A stretch of DNA of 32,143 bases from Deltaproteobacteria bacterium RBG_16_54_18 (GTDB lineage: Bacteria > Desulfobacterota > B13-G15 > RBG-16-54-18), in assembly GCA_001797935.1 (NCBI GenBank), contig MGQT01000058.1, positions 1 to 32,143 of the forward strand, read 5' to 3'. Position 1 is the stretch's first letter; each line of letters opens with the position of its first letter. The notes beneath the pieces are model-generated. The model did no database searches, had not been told where the DNA came from, and worked only from the letters and a program-made list of their open reading frames with translations. This document shows, in pieces, positions 12,182-20,740 of this stretch. The translations under genes were made by a program, and so were the position numbers.

Positions 12182-13551
12182 AAGCCATATTTTGCCAGCT
12201 TATATCTCATCGCCCGGAAGTTCATTCCGAGGATCTCCGCGGCCTTCTTTTTGATTCCCCCTGTTTGTTCCAGGGCCTTGAGGATGAAGGCCTTCTCCAG
12301 GTCTTCCACTACCTTGTTGAGATCAATTCCTTCTTCCGGGATTTCGAGGGAGGGAGGCGTCCCCTTTGAGATCATCCGCTCGCTCAGATACGAACGAATG
12401 TGCCGCTCCGTAATCGTCGTTGCGGTCTCGAGGGTTATGCTGCGCTCGATGATGTTTTCGAGTTCCCTGACATTGCCCGGGAAATCGTAACTCACCAACA
12501 ATTCCATGGCCTCGGGGGTAATCCCCTCTATCTTCTTTCCCGTCTCGGTGCTGTATTTTTGGACGAAGTGATTCATTAAGAGGGTAATATCCTCTTTTCG
12601 TTCCCGCAACGGGGGGATCTTAATCTGGATGACATTCAAGCGGTAGAAGAGGTCTTCACGAAAAGTGCCATGAGCGACCTTTTGTTGTAAATCTTGATTG
12701 CTCGCGGATATGATCCTGACATTTACCTTAATATCATCGGTCCCCCCCACCCGCTTAAACTCGCGTTCCTGAATTACCCGCAGCAGTTTTACCTGGAGCG
12801 GTAAGGGGAGCTCCCCGATCTCATCCATGAAGAGCGTTCCGCCTTCGGCCATCTCGAGCAGCCCTCTTTTGTTGGCGATGGCCCCGGTGAAGGATCCCTT
12901 CATGTGTCCGAAGAGCTCGCTCTCCAAGAGGTTCTCCGGGATGGCACCGCAATTCAGGGTGACAAAAGAACCGTCTTTTCTGACGCTGTTGTAATGGATG
13001 GCCTTGGCCACCAGTTCTTTGCCGGTTCCACTTTCCCCGGTAACCAAGACATTGGCCTTGGTCTGGGCGACCTTTTCCACGAGATCATATACCCGTTGCA
13101 TCTTGGAGCTCTTGCCGATGAGGTTCCAGAATTTATACCGTTCCTCTACTGCCTGACGCAGGCGGATATTTTCCTTAATGAGATTACTTCGCTCAAGGGC
13201 CTTCTTGATGGTAAGTTTCACCTCTTCTACCCGAAAGGGCTTGGTGACGTAATCATAGGCCCCTTCTTTAATGGCGGTAACGGCCCCCTCAGGTGAACCA
13301 TAGGCGGTAATCATGATGACCACGGTGTCAGGGCTTACCTCTTTGGTCTTGCGCAAGACGGCAAACCCGTCTGCCCCCGGCATCTTGACGTCGGTGAGGA
13401 TCATGCTGTAAAGGTTGTTATCCAAGAGCTCAAGAGCCTTTTCGCCGCTCGTGGTACTTATCACCTCATATCCCTCTTTTTGAAGCATAATCTCCAAAAA
13501 GTCACACATGCTCTTTTCGTCGTCCACTACCAGTATCTTTTGTTTTGTCAT
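12178..13551 (-). CDS. pilR: Sigma-54-dependent response regulator (REC-AAA+-Fis HTH), PilR-like by synteny
   Basis: 457 aa. The REC domain begins KILVVDDEKS. The AAA+ domain has Walker A GESGTGKE, a GSFTGA loop (GAFTGA variant) and ELFYRL. The C-terminus has a Fis-type HTH. It lies directly downstream of the kinase and pilBTC. Confidence 0.88.
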   Translation of the reverse strand: MTKQKILVVDDEKSMCDFLEIMLQKEGYEVISTTSGEKALELLDNNLYSMILTDVKMPGADGFAVLRKTKEVSPDTVVIMITAYGSPEGAVTAIKEGAYDYVTKPFRVEEVKLTIKKALERSNLIKENIRLRQAVEERYKFWNLIGKSSKMQRVYDLVEKVAQTKANVLVTGESGTGKELVAKAIHYNSVRKDGSFVTLNCGAIPENLLESELFGHMKGSFTGAIANKRGLLEMAEGGTLFMDEIGELPLPLQVKLLRVIQEREFKRVGGTDDIKVNVRIISASNQDLQQKVAHGTFREDLFYRLNVIQIKIPPLRERKEDITLLMNHFVQKYSTETGKKIEGITPEAMELLVSYDFPGNVRELENIIERSITLETATTITERHIRSYLSERMISKGTPPSLEIPEEGIDLNKVVEDLEKAFILKALEQTGGIKKKAAEILGMNFRAMRYKLAKYGF

Positions 13552-13584
13552 CTCTCATTCCTCCGCCGGGGGATACAATAATTT

Positions 13585-15183
13585 TTATGCGACTGGCAGG
13601 GTTACGGTAAACGTGGTGCCCCGATTATGCCTGCTCTCCACGGCTAGAGTACCCCCATGTATTTCTACAATTTTATGCACGATGGAAAGCCCGAGCCCCG
13701 ATCCCCCGTCTTTTGTGGTGAAGAAGGGGTCGAAGATCTTCTTGATGTCTTTCGGGGGGATCCCCTTGCCTGTGTCCGAGACCTCGAGTGTTACTATTTT
13801 CCCCTCGTCGTCTTTGTGAGCCCTAATCTCAAGCAGGCCCTTCCCCTCCATGGCGTCAACGGCGTTGATAAAGAGGTTCCACAGTACCTGCTCGAGTTGT
13901 TGGGGATCTGCGGCAATGGTGATATTCGGCCCCATGATTTTTGCCAACTTTGTCCCCTGGGTCCATTGCGGCGAGCGGGAGAAGACTTCAAGGGTGCTAT
14001 CAACAAGGCCAGCGATGTCCACTTTCTTTTTATTGAGCTTCGGGGGTTGGGCATAGAGGAGAAAATCGGTGATAAGACGATTGAGACGGCCTGATTCGGC
14101 GAGGACGATCTCCATCAATCGGTCGCTGCTCTCACCCCCTTCCTCTTCCTCCTTGAGCAGTTGGATGGCACCGCTGATAGAGGCCAGGGGGTTACGGATT
14201 TCGTGGGCAATGCCCGCCGCGAGTTGCCCGATGGTGGCCATCATTTCCGATTTCCGCATGGATTCCTCCATGTCCTTGATGAGGGTAAGGTCCTGAAAGA
14301 TGATGATCTGCCCGACCTTATTCCCCCGGTGGTCTTTTAAAGGCGAGATGGAGAGGCCGAGCTTAATCTGCTCACCGTCGGGCTTCTCCGCGGTTGTCTC
14401 CATCCGGGAGCGGAGCCCCTCGCGGAAATTTTCCTTGAGAGCGGGGAAGAGGTCTTTGATGAGTCGGTTTTTGTACACGGCGGCCTTGGCACCGAGGATA
14501 GCCTCCCCCGCTTTATTTAAAAAGGTTATTTGGTCCTTTGGATTAATGGTCAACAGACCACTCATCATGCTTTGAATGACATCCCGGTTAAAGGCCTCGA
14601 GCCGGTCGTAGTCCTCCTTGGTTTGTATGAGTTCCTTTCCCCGCTTGCGTACCTCTTCGGCGAGATAGCCGGTGAGGTATCCCGCCATATAAAAGGCGAG
14701 GAGGTAGAACAAAAAGGTATAGATCAGGACATTGCCGTGATAGGGGAGGCGCGCCGAGAGGGACGGTATGACCCAGAAGTGCTGCAAATTGAGGAGTAGC
14801 CCGTAATAGATGCTGCAGACCGTGGCGGCCATGAGCCCGCCCTTTCGCTCAAGCATGACCCCACTCTCCAGGATTGCCAAGATGTAAAGGGGGGTGAAAC
14901 CACTTTCGCCGCCACCCGTAATGTAGATGATGCCGGTGATGATTAAGGCATCAGCCGTTGTCTGGGTATAGATCAGAAAAGAGAGGTTTTTGACCTTTTT
15001 CAGGCGCATGAGGAGGGCAAAGGCAATGGTGTTGCCGTACAGGAGAAAGATGAAAAAGTAAAAAAGAAAAAATGGACCCCAAAAGGCGGATATGCCCTGC
15101 AGATGAAAGAAAAGCCCCATGAGCAGGGTTACCGTCGTCAGGATGAGTCTATAGCGGACCAGTTTTGTTGACTGCGGTTTCAT
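13585..15183 (-). CDS. pilS: Membrane sensor histidine kinase, PilS-like by synteny
   Basis: 532 aa. It has about 6 N-terminal hydrophobic helices and a PAS-like middle region. The H-box is AHEIRNPL and the HATPase has G-boxes (DTGKGI, GGSGLGLS). AAGGAGA lies upstream. Confidence 0.85.
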   Translation of the reverse strand: MKPQSTKLVRYRLILTTVTLLMGLFFHLQGISAFWGPFFLFYFFIFLLYGNTIAFALLMRLKKVKNLSFLIYTQTTADALIITGIIYITGGGESGFTPLYILAILESGVMLERKGGLMAATVCSIYYGLLLNLQHFWVIPSLSARLPYHGNVLIYTFLFYLLAFYMAGYLTGYLAEEVRKRGKELIQTKEDYDRLEAFNRDVIQSMMSGLLTINPKDQITFLNKAGEAILGAKAAVYKNRLIKDLFPALKENFREGLRSRMETTAEKPDGEQIKLGLSISPLKDHRGNKVGQIIIFQDLTLIKDMEESMRKSEMMATIGQLAAGIAHEIRNPLASISGAIQLLKEEEEGGESSDRLMEIVLAESGRLNRLITDFLLYAQPPKLNKKKVDIAGLVDSTLEVFSRSPQWTQGTKLAKIMGPNITIAADPQQLEQVLWNLFINAVDAMEGKGLLEIRAHKDDEGKIVTLEVSDTGKGIPPKDIKKIFDPFFTTKDGGSGLGLSIVHKIVEIHGGTLAVESRHNRGTTFTVTLPVA

Positions 15184-15198
15184 CTCTCCTTAATTTTA

Positions 15199-16404
15199 CT
15201 AGAAGGCCGAGGCCATCTTAAAAATGGGCAGATACATGGCGATGACCAGGCCGCCGACGACCACTCCCAAAAAGACCATCAACACCGGTTCGAGCATCGA
15301 GCTCAGGGTGGCCACGGCCATATCCACCTCGTCGTCATAGAAGTCGGCGATCTTGGTGAGCATGAGTTCCAGGGAGCCCGTGGTCTCCCCGACGGCGATC
15401 ATTTGGGTCACCATCACGGGGAAGACGCCGCTTTGTGCGAGCGGCTCGGAGATGGTTTGCCCCTCGCTGATACTGATGCGGCCCTTTAAAATAGCCTCCT
15501 CGACTACTTTATTGCCAGCCGCACCCGCCACGATGTTGAGGGATTCCATGATGGGTACCCCGCTCGTCACCAAGGTGGATAAGGTGCGGGCAAACCGGGA
15601 GACGGCCACCTTGCGCAAGAGCTCGCCGAAGATAGGCATTTTCAACATAAGGCCGTCAATCTTTCTTTTCCCATCTTCCGTTTTATAGTATCTCTTCAAA
15701 ACAACAACCGCGGCGATCACGAGGCCGATAACGATGGGGGTATAGCTCTTAAAGATCCTGCTGATACCGATAACGATCTGGGTGGGGAGGGGGAGGCTTT
15801 GTCCGATGCCGGAGAAGAGCTTTTCAAAGACCGGAACGACGAAGATCATCAGGACGGCGGTGATGATGATGGCCACGGAGACGATCATGGCGGGATAGAC
15901 CAGGGCCGCCCGTATCTTCTTTTTCAGCGCTTCCATCTTTTCAATGTGGGTGGCCAGGCGGTTAAGGATGACGTCGAGGGTGCCGGCCTCCTCTGCCGCC
16001 AGCACGAGGTTAACATAGAGGTTGTCAAAAACACGGGGGTGCTTCTGCAGGGAAGCGGCCAGGGTGGCGCCCGACTCAACTTCATGTTTTACGGTTTTGA
16101 TGATTCCCTGAAAGGTCTCGTTTTCCTCCTGCTGCGACAATATATCCAAAGACTGGACCAAGGGGAGCCCCGCGTCGATCATGGTGGCCAACTGGCGGGT
16201 GAAGATTGCCAAGGACTTTTTCTTCACCTTCCCCTTCATAAAGGGGAGAGATATCTTGAGCTCCTTCCCCTTGGCGATGATCTTGGTGGGGATGATCTGT
16301 TGCTGCCTCAGGTAGGCGCGGACCGCCGTCTCGCTCGGCCCTTCAACTTCGCCTTTACGGAACCCCCCCTGCGGGAGCCTTCCTTCCCATGCATATTTTG
16401 GCAT
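15199..16404 (-). CDS. pilC: Type IV pilus platform protein (GspF/PilC family)
   Basis: 401 aa. It has two T2SSF repeats with about 3 TM helices. The N-terminus YAWEGRLPQGGFRKGEVE and the internal FTRQLATMIDAGLPLVQSL are typical of PilC. Confidence 0.92.
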   Translation of the reverse strand: MPKYAWEGRLPQGGFRKGEVEGPSETAVRAYLRQQQIIPTKIIAKGKELKISLPFMKGKVKKKSLAIFTRQLATMIDAGLPLVQSLDILSQQEENETFQGIIKTVKHEVESGATLAASLQKHPRVFDNLYVNLVLAAEEAGTLDVILNRLATHIEKMEALKKKIRAALVYPAMIVSVAIIITAVLMIFVVPVFEKLFSGIGQSLPLPTQIVIGISRIFKSYTPIVIGLVIAAVVVLKRYYKTEDGKRKIDGLMLKMPIFGELLRKVAVSRFARTLSTLVTSGVPIMESLNIVAGAAGNKVVEEAILKGRISISEGQTISEPLAQSGVFPVMVTQMIAVGETTGSLELMLTKIADFYDDEVDMAVATLSSMLEPVLMVFLGVVVGGLVIAMYLPIFKMASAF

Positions 16405-16424
16405 GATGACTCCTTCTGACTAGA

Positions 16425-17507
16425 TCACTTCTTCTTTTCCGCAGTGTCGCCCAACATCTGCCGGAACTCATCGAGGTTCGGAGATCTTCCCATGGCGTCG
16501 TTGAGGGTTATGATCCCGCGCTCATAAAGGGAGAGGAGACACTGATTCATGGTCTGCATGCCGAACTTGAGTTGCCCCACCTGCATCTGCCCGTATATCT
16601 GATGGATCTTGTCCTCCCTGATGAGGTTGCGGATCGCGGTATTGGGGACCAGGACCTCCATGGCCAAGGCCAACCCTGTGCCGTTGGCCCTGGGGAGGAG
16701 TTGCTGGCTCAAGACCCCCTCTAAGACAAAAGAGAGCAAGGTCCTGACCTGCGGCTGCTGGTGCGGGGGAAAGACGTCGATGATCCGATTGACCGTCTCC
16801 GTACACGAGTTGGTGTGCAGGGTGGCGAGGGTAAGGTGCCCGGTCTCGGCGATGGTGAGGGCGGCCTCGATGGTCTCCAGGTCCCGCATCTCCCCCACCA
16901 GGACGACATCGGGGTCCTGACGCAGGATGTGTTTCAAGGCCGCCGTAAAACTAAAGGTATCGGAGTTTACCTCCCGCTGGTTCACCACACACCCCTTGTG
17001 GGGGTGGAGGTATTCGATAGGGTCCTCAATGGTGATGATATGGGCGTTTCTCTCTTCATTGATCTGATCGATCATGGCCGCCTGGGTGGTCGATTTCCCG
17101 CAGCCGGTCGGACCCGTGACCAGGACGAGACCTTTGGGCCTTCTGATCAGTTCCTCAATGACAGCGGGGAGACCCAGATCTTTAAACCCCCTGATTTTAT
17201 AGGGTATGGATCTGATGGCGGCGCCGACCACCCCTCGTTGGAAGAAAACGTTCCCTCTGAACCGGGATAACCCTTTAATACCGAAGGAAAAGTCGAGCTC
17301 ATGCTCCTCCTCGAAGCGATGCTTTTGTGCATCGGTGAGCACACTGTAGGCGAGCCGCTTGGTGTCGGCGGCATTCAAGGGGGGGAGATCGAGCGGGACC
17401 AAACGACCGTACACCCGGATCTGCGGCGGGGTGCCGGTGGTAATATGGAGGTCCGTGGCGTCATTTTCGATCATCGTCTTGAGCAGGTCTTGGAGATCAA
17501 GGGGCAT
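16425..17507 (-). CDS. pilT: Twitching-motility retraction ATPase PilT
   Basis: 360 aa. Motifs are DLHITTGTPPQIRVYG, Walker A GPTGCGKST, the Asp box, and the PilT-specific AIRNLIREDKIHQI. Confidence 0.93.
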   Translation of the reverse strand: MPLDLQDLLKTMIENDATDLHITTGTPPQIRVYGRLVPLDLPPLNAADTKRLAYSVLTDAQKHRFEEEHELDFSFGIKGLSRFRGNVFFQRGVVGAAIRSIPYKIRGFKDLGLPAVIEELIRRPKGLVLVTGPTGCGKSTTQAAMIDQINEERNAHIITIEDPIEYLHPHKGCVVNQREVNSDTFSFTAALKHILRQDPDVVLVGEMRDLETIEAALTIAETGHLTLATLHTNSCTETVNRIIDVFPPHQQPQVRTLLSFVLEGVLSQQLLPRANGTGLALAMEVLVPNTAIRNLIREDKIHQIYGQMQVGQLKFGMQTMNQCLLSLYERGIITLNDAMGRSPNLDEFRQMLGDTAEKKK

Positions 17508-17534
17508 GGTGGTTTCCTTCGTCGCGCAGTATGC

Positions 17535-19223
17535 TTAGGCAACGGTTACGCGGAGTACCTCTTCGATGGTCGTTATTCCCTGTTTTATCTTGGCGATTCC
17601 GCTCATCCGCAATGTCTTCATTCCCGCCTGGGTGGCCGCCCGTTTAATCTCATTGGCAGCCGCCCGCCGAAGGATCAACTCCTGGAGCTCTTCCGTGGTG
17701 GGCATTACCTCGTACAGCGATAGTCTGCCGCGATACCCGATATTGCTGCACTTACCACATCCTTTGCCTTTATAACAGGTAAAATCGTTGATCTCCGCTT
17801 CGGGAACGCCCAAGTCCAGGAGGGCATCGGAGGGGATATCGACGGGTTCCTTGCAATCAGGGCAGATACAGCGGATCAATCGTTGCGCCACCGTGACGAT
17901 AAGCGAGGAAGAGACGAGAAACGGTTCTACGCCCATATCCAGCAGACGTCCGATGGTGCTCGGTGCATCATTGGTATGCAAGGTGCTCAAGACCAAATGC
18001 CCTGTCAGGGCGGCCTTTACCCCGATCTCAGCCGTCTCCAAATCCCTGATCTCTCCCACGAGGATGATATCCGGGTCCTGGCGCAAGAATTCTCTGAGGG
18101 AGGCGGCGAAATTGAGCCCGATGGCCTCGTGCATCTGAACTTGGTTGACGCCGGGGAGGTTGTACTCGATCGGGTCCTCGCAGGTACAGATGTTTTCCGA
18201 GACCTTGTTCAACTCGGAGAGGACGGAGTAGAGAGTCGTCGTCTTGCCGCTCCCTGTCGGGCCGGTGACCAAGATCATCCCGTAGGGTCTATAGATTGAC
18301 TCGCGGAATACCTCCAGGGTATCGGGTTCAAAGCCCAATTTAGTCAAGTCGAGCTGGAGCTTGGCCTTGTCGAGGAGCCGCATGACGACCTTTTCTCCAA
18401 AGAGGGTGGGGATGAGGGAGATACGGAAGTCCATTTCCCTGTTTTGCATCCTGATCAGGAAGCGCCCCCCCTGGGGGAGGCGGCGTTCCGCGATATCCAA
18501 TTGGGACATGATCTTGATACGGGAGATAATGGCATTTTTCATCTGGATGGGGGGCCTCATGACCTCATAAAGCACACCATCGATCCGTTCCCGCACGCGC
18601 ATGAATTTTTCGTACGGTTCTACGTGGATGTCGCTTGCCCCTTTTGCGATGGCGTCGGCGAGGATCAAGTTGACCAGTTTTACAACCGGGGCCTCCTCCG
18701 CTGTTTTTTCCAGCTCGCCGAGGTCAAAGGTCTCATCGTGCTGTACAACCTCCATCCCCTCGTCTTCGAAATCGGCAAGGGCCCCATCGATAGACGAAGT
18801 AGGGTTGAGGTGTCGGTCGATCGTCGTCTTGATGTTTGATTCCGAGGCCACCATTACCTCTACGTGGTAGCCAGTGCGGAATTTGATATCGTCTATTACC
18901 GAGACATTAAAGGGATCGACCAAGGCAAGATAGAGGGTGGAGCCGCTTCTCCGGACCGGGACCACCTGATTTTTATGCATAAAATCTCCGCCAACCAACC
19001 CCACGAGCTTAGGGTCTAATTCGACTTCGGCAAGGTTTATGGAGGGGAAGCCATATCGCTTGTGGAGAAACTCGAGGAGGTCATGCTCCGAGAGGAATCC
19101 CATGTCTATCAAGACAGAGCTCAAGTTCGACCCCCGCATTTTCTGTTCCCCCTGGGCCTTCTTGAGCTGTTCTTCCGTGATGATCTCTGCCTTTAAGAGG
19201 AGCTGACCAAGCCTTAAGGACAT
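17535..19223 (-). CDS. pilB: Type IV pilus assembly ATPase PilB (GspE family)
   Basis: 562 aa. It has a T2SSE_N/MshEN-like N-terminus and Walker A GPTGSGKTTT. A tetracysteine cluster reads CPDCK...CYKGKGCGKC. AAGAGGA lies upstream of the ATG. Confidence 0.94.
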   Translation of the reverse strand: MSLRLGQLLLKAEIITEEQLKKAQGEQKMRGSNLSSVLIDMGFLSEHDLLEFLHKRYGFPSINLAEVELDPKLVGLVGGDFMHKNQVVPVRRSGSTLYLALVDPFNVSVIDDIKFRTGYHVEVMVASESNIKTTIDRHLNPTSSIDGALADFEDEGMEVVQHDETFDLGELEKTAEEAPVVKLVNLILADAIAKGASDIHVEPYEKFMRVRERIDGVLYEVMRPPIQMKNAIISRIKIMSQLDIAERRLPQGGRFLIRMQNREMDFRISLIPTLFGEKVVMRLLDKAKLQLDLTKLGFEPDTLEVFRESIYRPYGMILVTGPTGSGKTTTLYSVLSELNKVSENICTCEDPIEYNLPGVNQVQMHEAIGLNFAASLREFLRQDPDIILVGEIRDLETAEIGVKAALTGHLVLSTLHTNDAPSTIGRLLDMGVEPFLVSSSLIVTVAQRLIRCICPDCKEPVDIPSDALLDLGVPEAEINDFTCYKGKGCGKCSNIGYRGRLSLYEVMPTTEELQELILRRAAANEIKRAATQAGMKTLRMSGIAKIKQGITTIEEVLRVTVA

Positions 19224-19302
19224 ATAGATATCCTCTTTCTCCCGGTGAGAGGTTTTGAGCTACTTTCTAGAATACCACCTTTGGGCACTGCTGTCAATAT
19301 TT

Positions 19303-19327
19303 GTCACTATGAGGTCACTATGAGGTC
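19303..19327. repeat. Tandem direct repeat, 11-bp unit GTCACTATGAG, about 2.3 copies
   Basis: Read directly: gtcactatgag gtcactatgag gtc. On the - strand this is ACCTCATAGTGACCTCATAGTGAC. It lies between the sigma-54 promoter candidate and the pilB start. Confidence 0.9.
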
Positions 19328-19352
19328 GCTCCGATGTCCTGGGCAAAAAAAA

Positions 19353-19368
19353 AGCAACGACTTTGCCA
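19353..19368 (-). promoter_or_regulatory. Sigma-54 (-24/-12) promoter candidate upstream of pilB
   Basis: The - strand reads TGGCAAA-GTCG-TTGCT against the consensus TGGCACG-N4-TTGCW. GG and GC are both present at exactly the consensus spacing. The site is about 130 nt upstream of the pilB ATG. Confidence 0.6.
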
Positions 19369-19474
19369 AAATTTCCTTTTATGAGCTGGTTTTCGGCACA
19401 ACGCGATGTATTTTGCAGCTGATGATACATATTACGTGAATAAGGCCATCGCCCTGGTGCACTGCAACACCCCC

Positions 19475-19504
19475 TTGCATTTTTGGGCACTTGGCAGGTA
19501 AGAT
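19475..19504 (+). promoter_or_regulatory. Sigma-70-like promoter candidate for dapL
   Basis: TTGCAT, an 18-nt spacer, then TAAGAT, about 55 nt upstream of ATG 19559. This is a sequence match only. Confidence 0.3.
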
Positions 19505-19558
19505 AGCTTGCTTTTTATATTGAGGGCAGCAATCGTCGGGGTACGACGAGGAGGAACA

Positions 19559-20740
19559 ATGAAAAAAGGGGAAAAAAGAATTGAGATGGCGGAGCGGCTA
19601 CAGGTCCTTCCTCCTTACCTCTTTGCGGATTTGGATCGGAAGAAGACGGCGTTGCGGGCACAGGGGATGGATCTTATCGACCTGGGGGTTGGAGACCCGG
19701 ATATCCCCACACCGCAGCGGATCGTGGAGCGCTTGCGGGAGGCGGTGCTTGATTCCCGCAATCACCGCTATCCCAGTTATGAGGGACTCAGGGAATTCCG
19801 GCAGGCGGTGAGCCTCTGGTATAAAAGGCGGTTTGGGGTGCTGCTGGACCCCGAGCAGGAGGTTATCGCCTTGATCGGCTCCAAAGAGGGTATCGCGCAC
19901 GTGCCGCTTGCCTTTATTAACCCCGGTGCGTATTCCCTGATCCCGAGCCCCGGTTATCCGGTCTACCATGCGGGGACGATCTTCGCGGGCGGCAGATCCT
20001 TTTTTATGCCCCTTGTGGAGGAACGGGGTTTTCTGCCTGATCTTAAGCAGATTCCCCCGGAGGTAGCGGATGCCGCCACGTTGCTCTTCATCAATTACCC
20101 GAACAATCCTACGGCGGCAGTCGCCGACGAGGCCTTTTTCGCGGAGGTCGTTGAGTTCGCGCAACGCTACAATCTGATTGTCTGCCATGATGCGGCCTAC
20201 AGTGAGATCAGCTTTGACAATTACACCCCCTCCAGCTTTTTGGCAGTAGATGGTGCCCGGGAGGTCGGCATAGAATTCCATTCCCTGTCCAAGACCTATA
20301 ATATGACCGGCTGGCGCCTGGGTTTTGCAGTGGGAAATAGCGCAACCCTGGCGGGGTTGGGCAAGGCCAAGACCAATATCGACTCCGGGGTCTTTCAGGC
20401 CGTACAGCTGGCTGGTATAGAGGCCTTAACCGGTGATCAATCCGCGGTAGAAAAAATGCGCGCCGTCTACCAGGGGCGGCGCGATTGCATGGTGCGTGGG
20501 CTGCGTGCTGTGGGCCTGGAGGTGACTCCTCCGAAGGCAACCTTTTATCTTTGGGTGAAGGTGCCCCCTGACCATAGTTCAGTCTCTTTCACCTCCCTCG
20601 TGCTCGAGAAGGCCGGGGTGGCGATTACGCCAGGGAGCGGCTTCGGCGAGGCCGGGGAGGGGTATGTACGCCTTGCGCTGACCGTACCGGAGGCGAGGTT
20701 GGAGGAGGCGATCAGCCGGATTCAGCGCCTTAGTTTGTAA
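19559..20740 (+). CDS. dapL: LL-diaminopimelate aminotransferase (class I/II PLP aminotransferase)
   Basis: LPPYLFADLDRKK...GVGDPDIPTP...YPSYEGL, the SLSKTYNMTGWRLGF lysine motif and GYVRLAL. AGGAGG lies 5 nt upstream of ATG 19559. The listed TTG 19508 start is less likely. Confidence 0.85.
   Translation: MKKGEKRIEMAERLQVLPPYLFADLDRKKTALRAQGMDLIDLGVGDPDIPTPQRIVERLREAVLDSRNHRYPSYEGLREFRQAVSLWYKRRFGVLLDPEQEVIALIGSKEGIAHVPLAFINPGAYSLIPSPGYPVYHAGTIFAGGRSFFMPLVEERGFLPDLKQIPPEVADAATLLFINYPNNPTAAVADEAFFAEVVEFAQRYNLIVCHDAAYSEISFDNYTPSSFLAVDGAREVGIEFHSLSKTYNMTGWRLGFAVGNSATLAGLGKAKTNIDSGVFQAVQLAGIEALTGDQSAVEKMRAVYQGRRDCMVRGLRAVGLEVTPPKATFYLWVKVPPDHSSVSFTSLVLEKAGVAITPGSGFGEAGEGYVRLALTVPEARLEEAISRIQRLSL

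Noticed and set aside
19245-19490. ORFs 19245-19439(+) and 19260-19490(-) in the pilB/dapL spacer, considered as a possible missing pilin.
   Set aside because: Neither has a class III signal peptide or FTLIE motif, neither has an RBS, and the region is AT-rich promoter-like DNA.
19492-19511. + strand TGGCAG...TTGC upstream of dapL as a sigma-54 promoter.
   Set aside because: Ten nt separate TGGCAG from TTGC instead of the 5 required, so the -24/-12 phasing is wrong.
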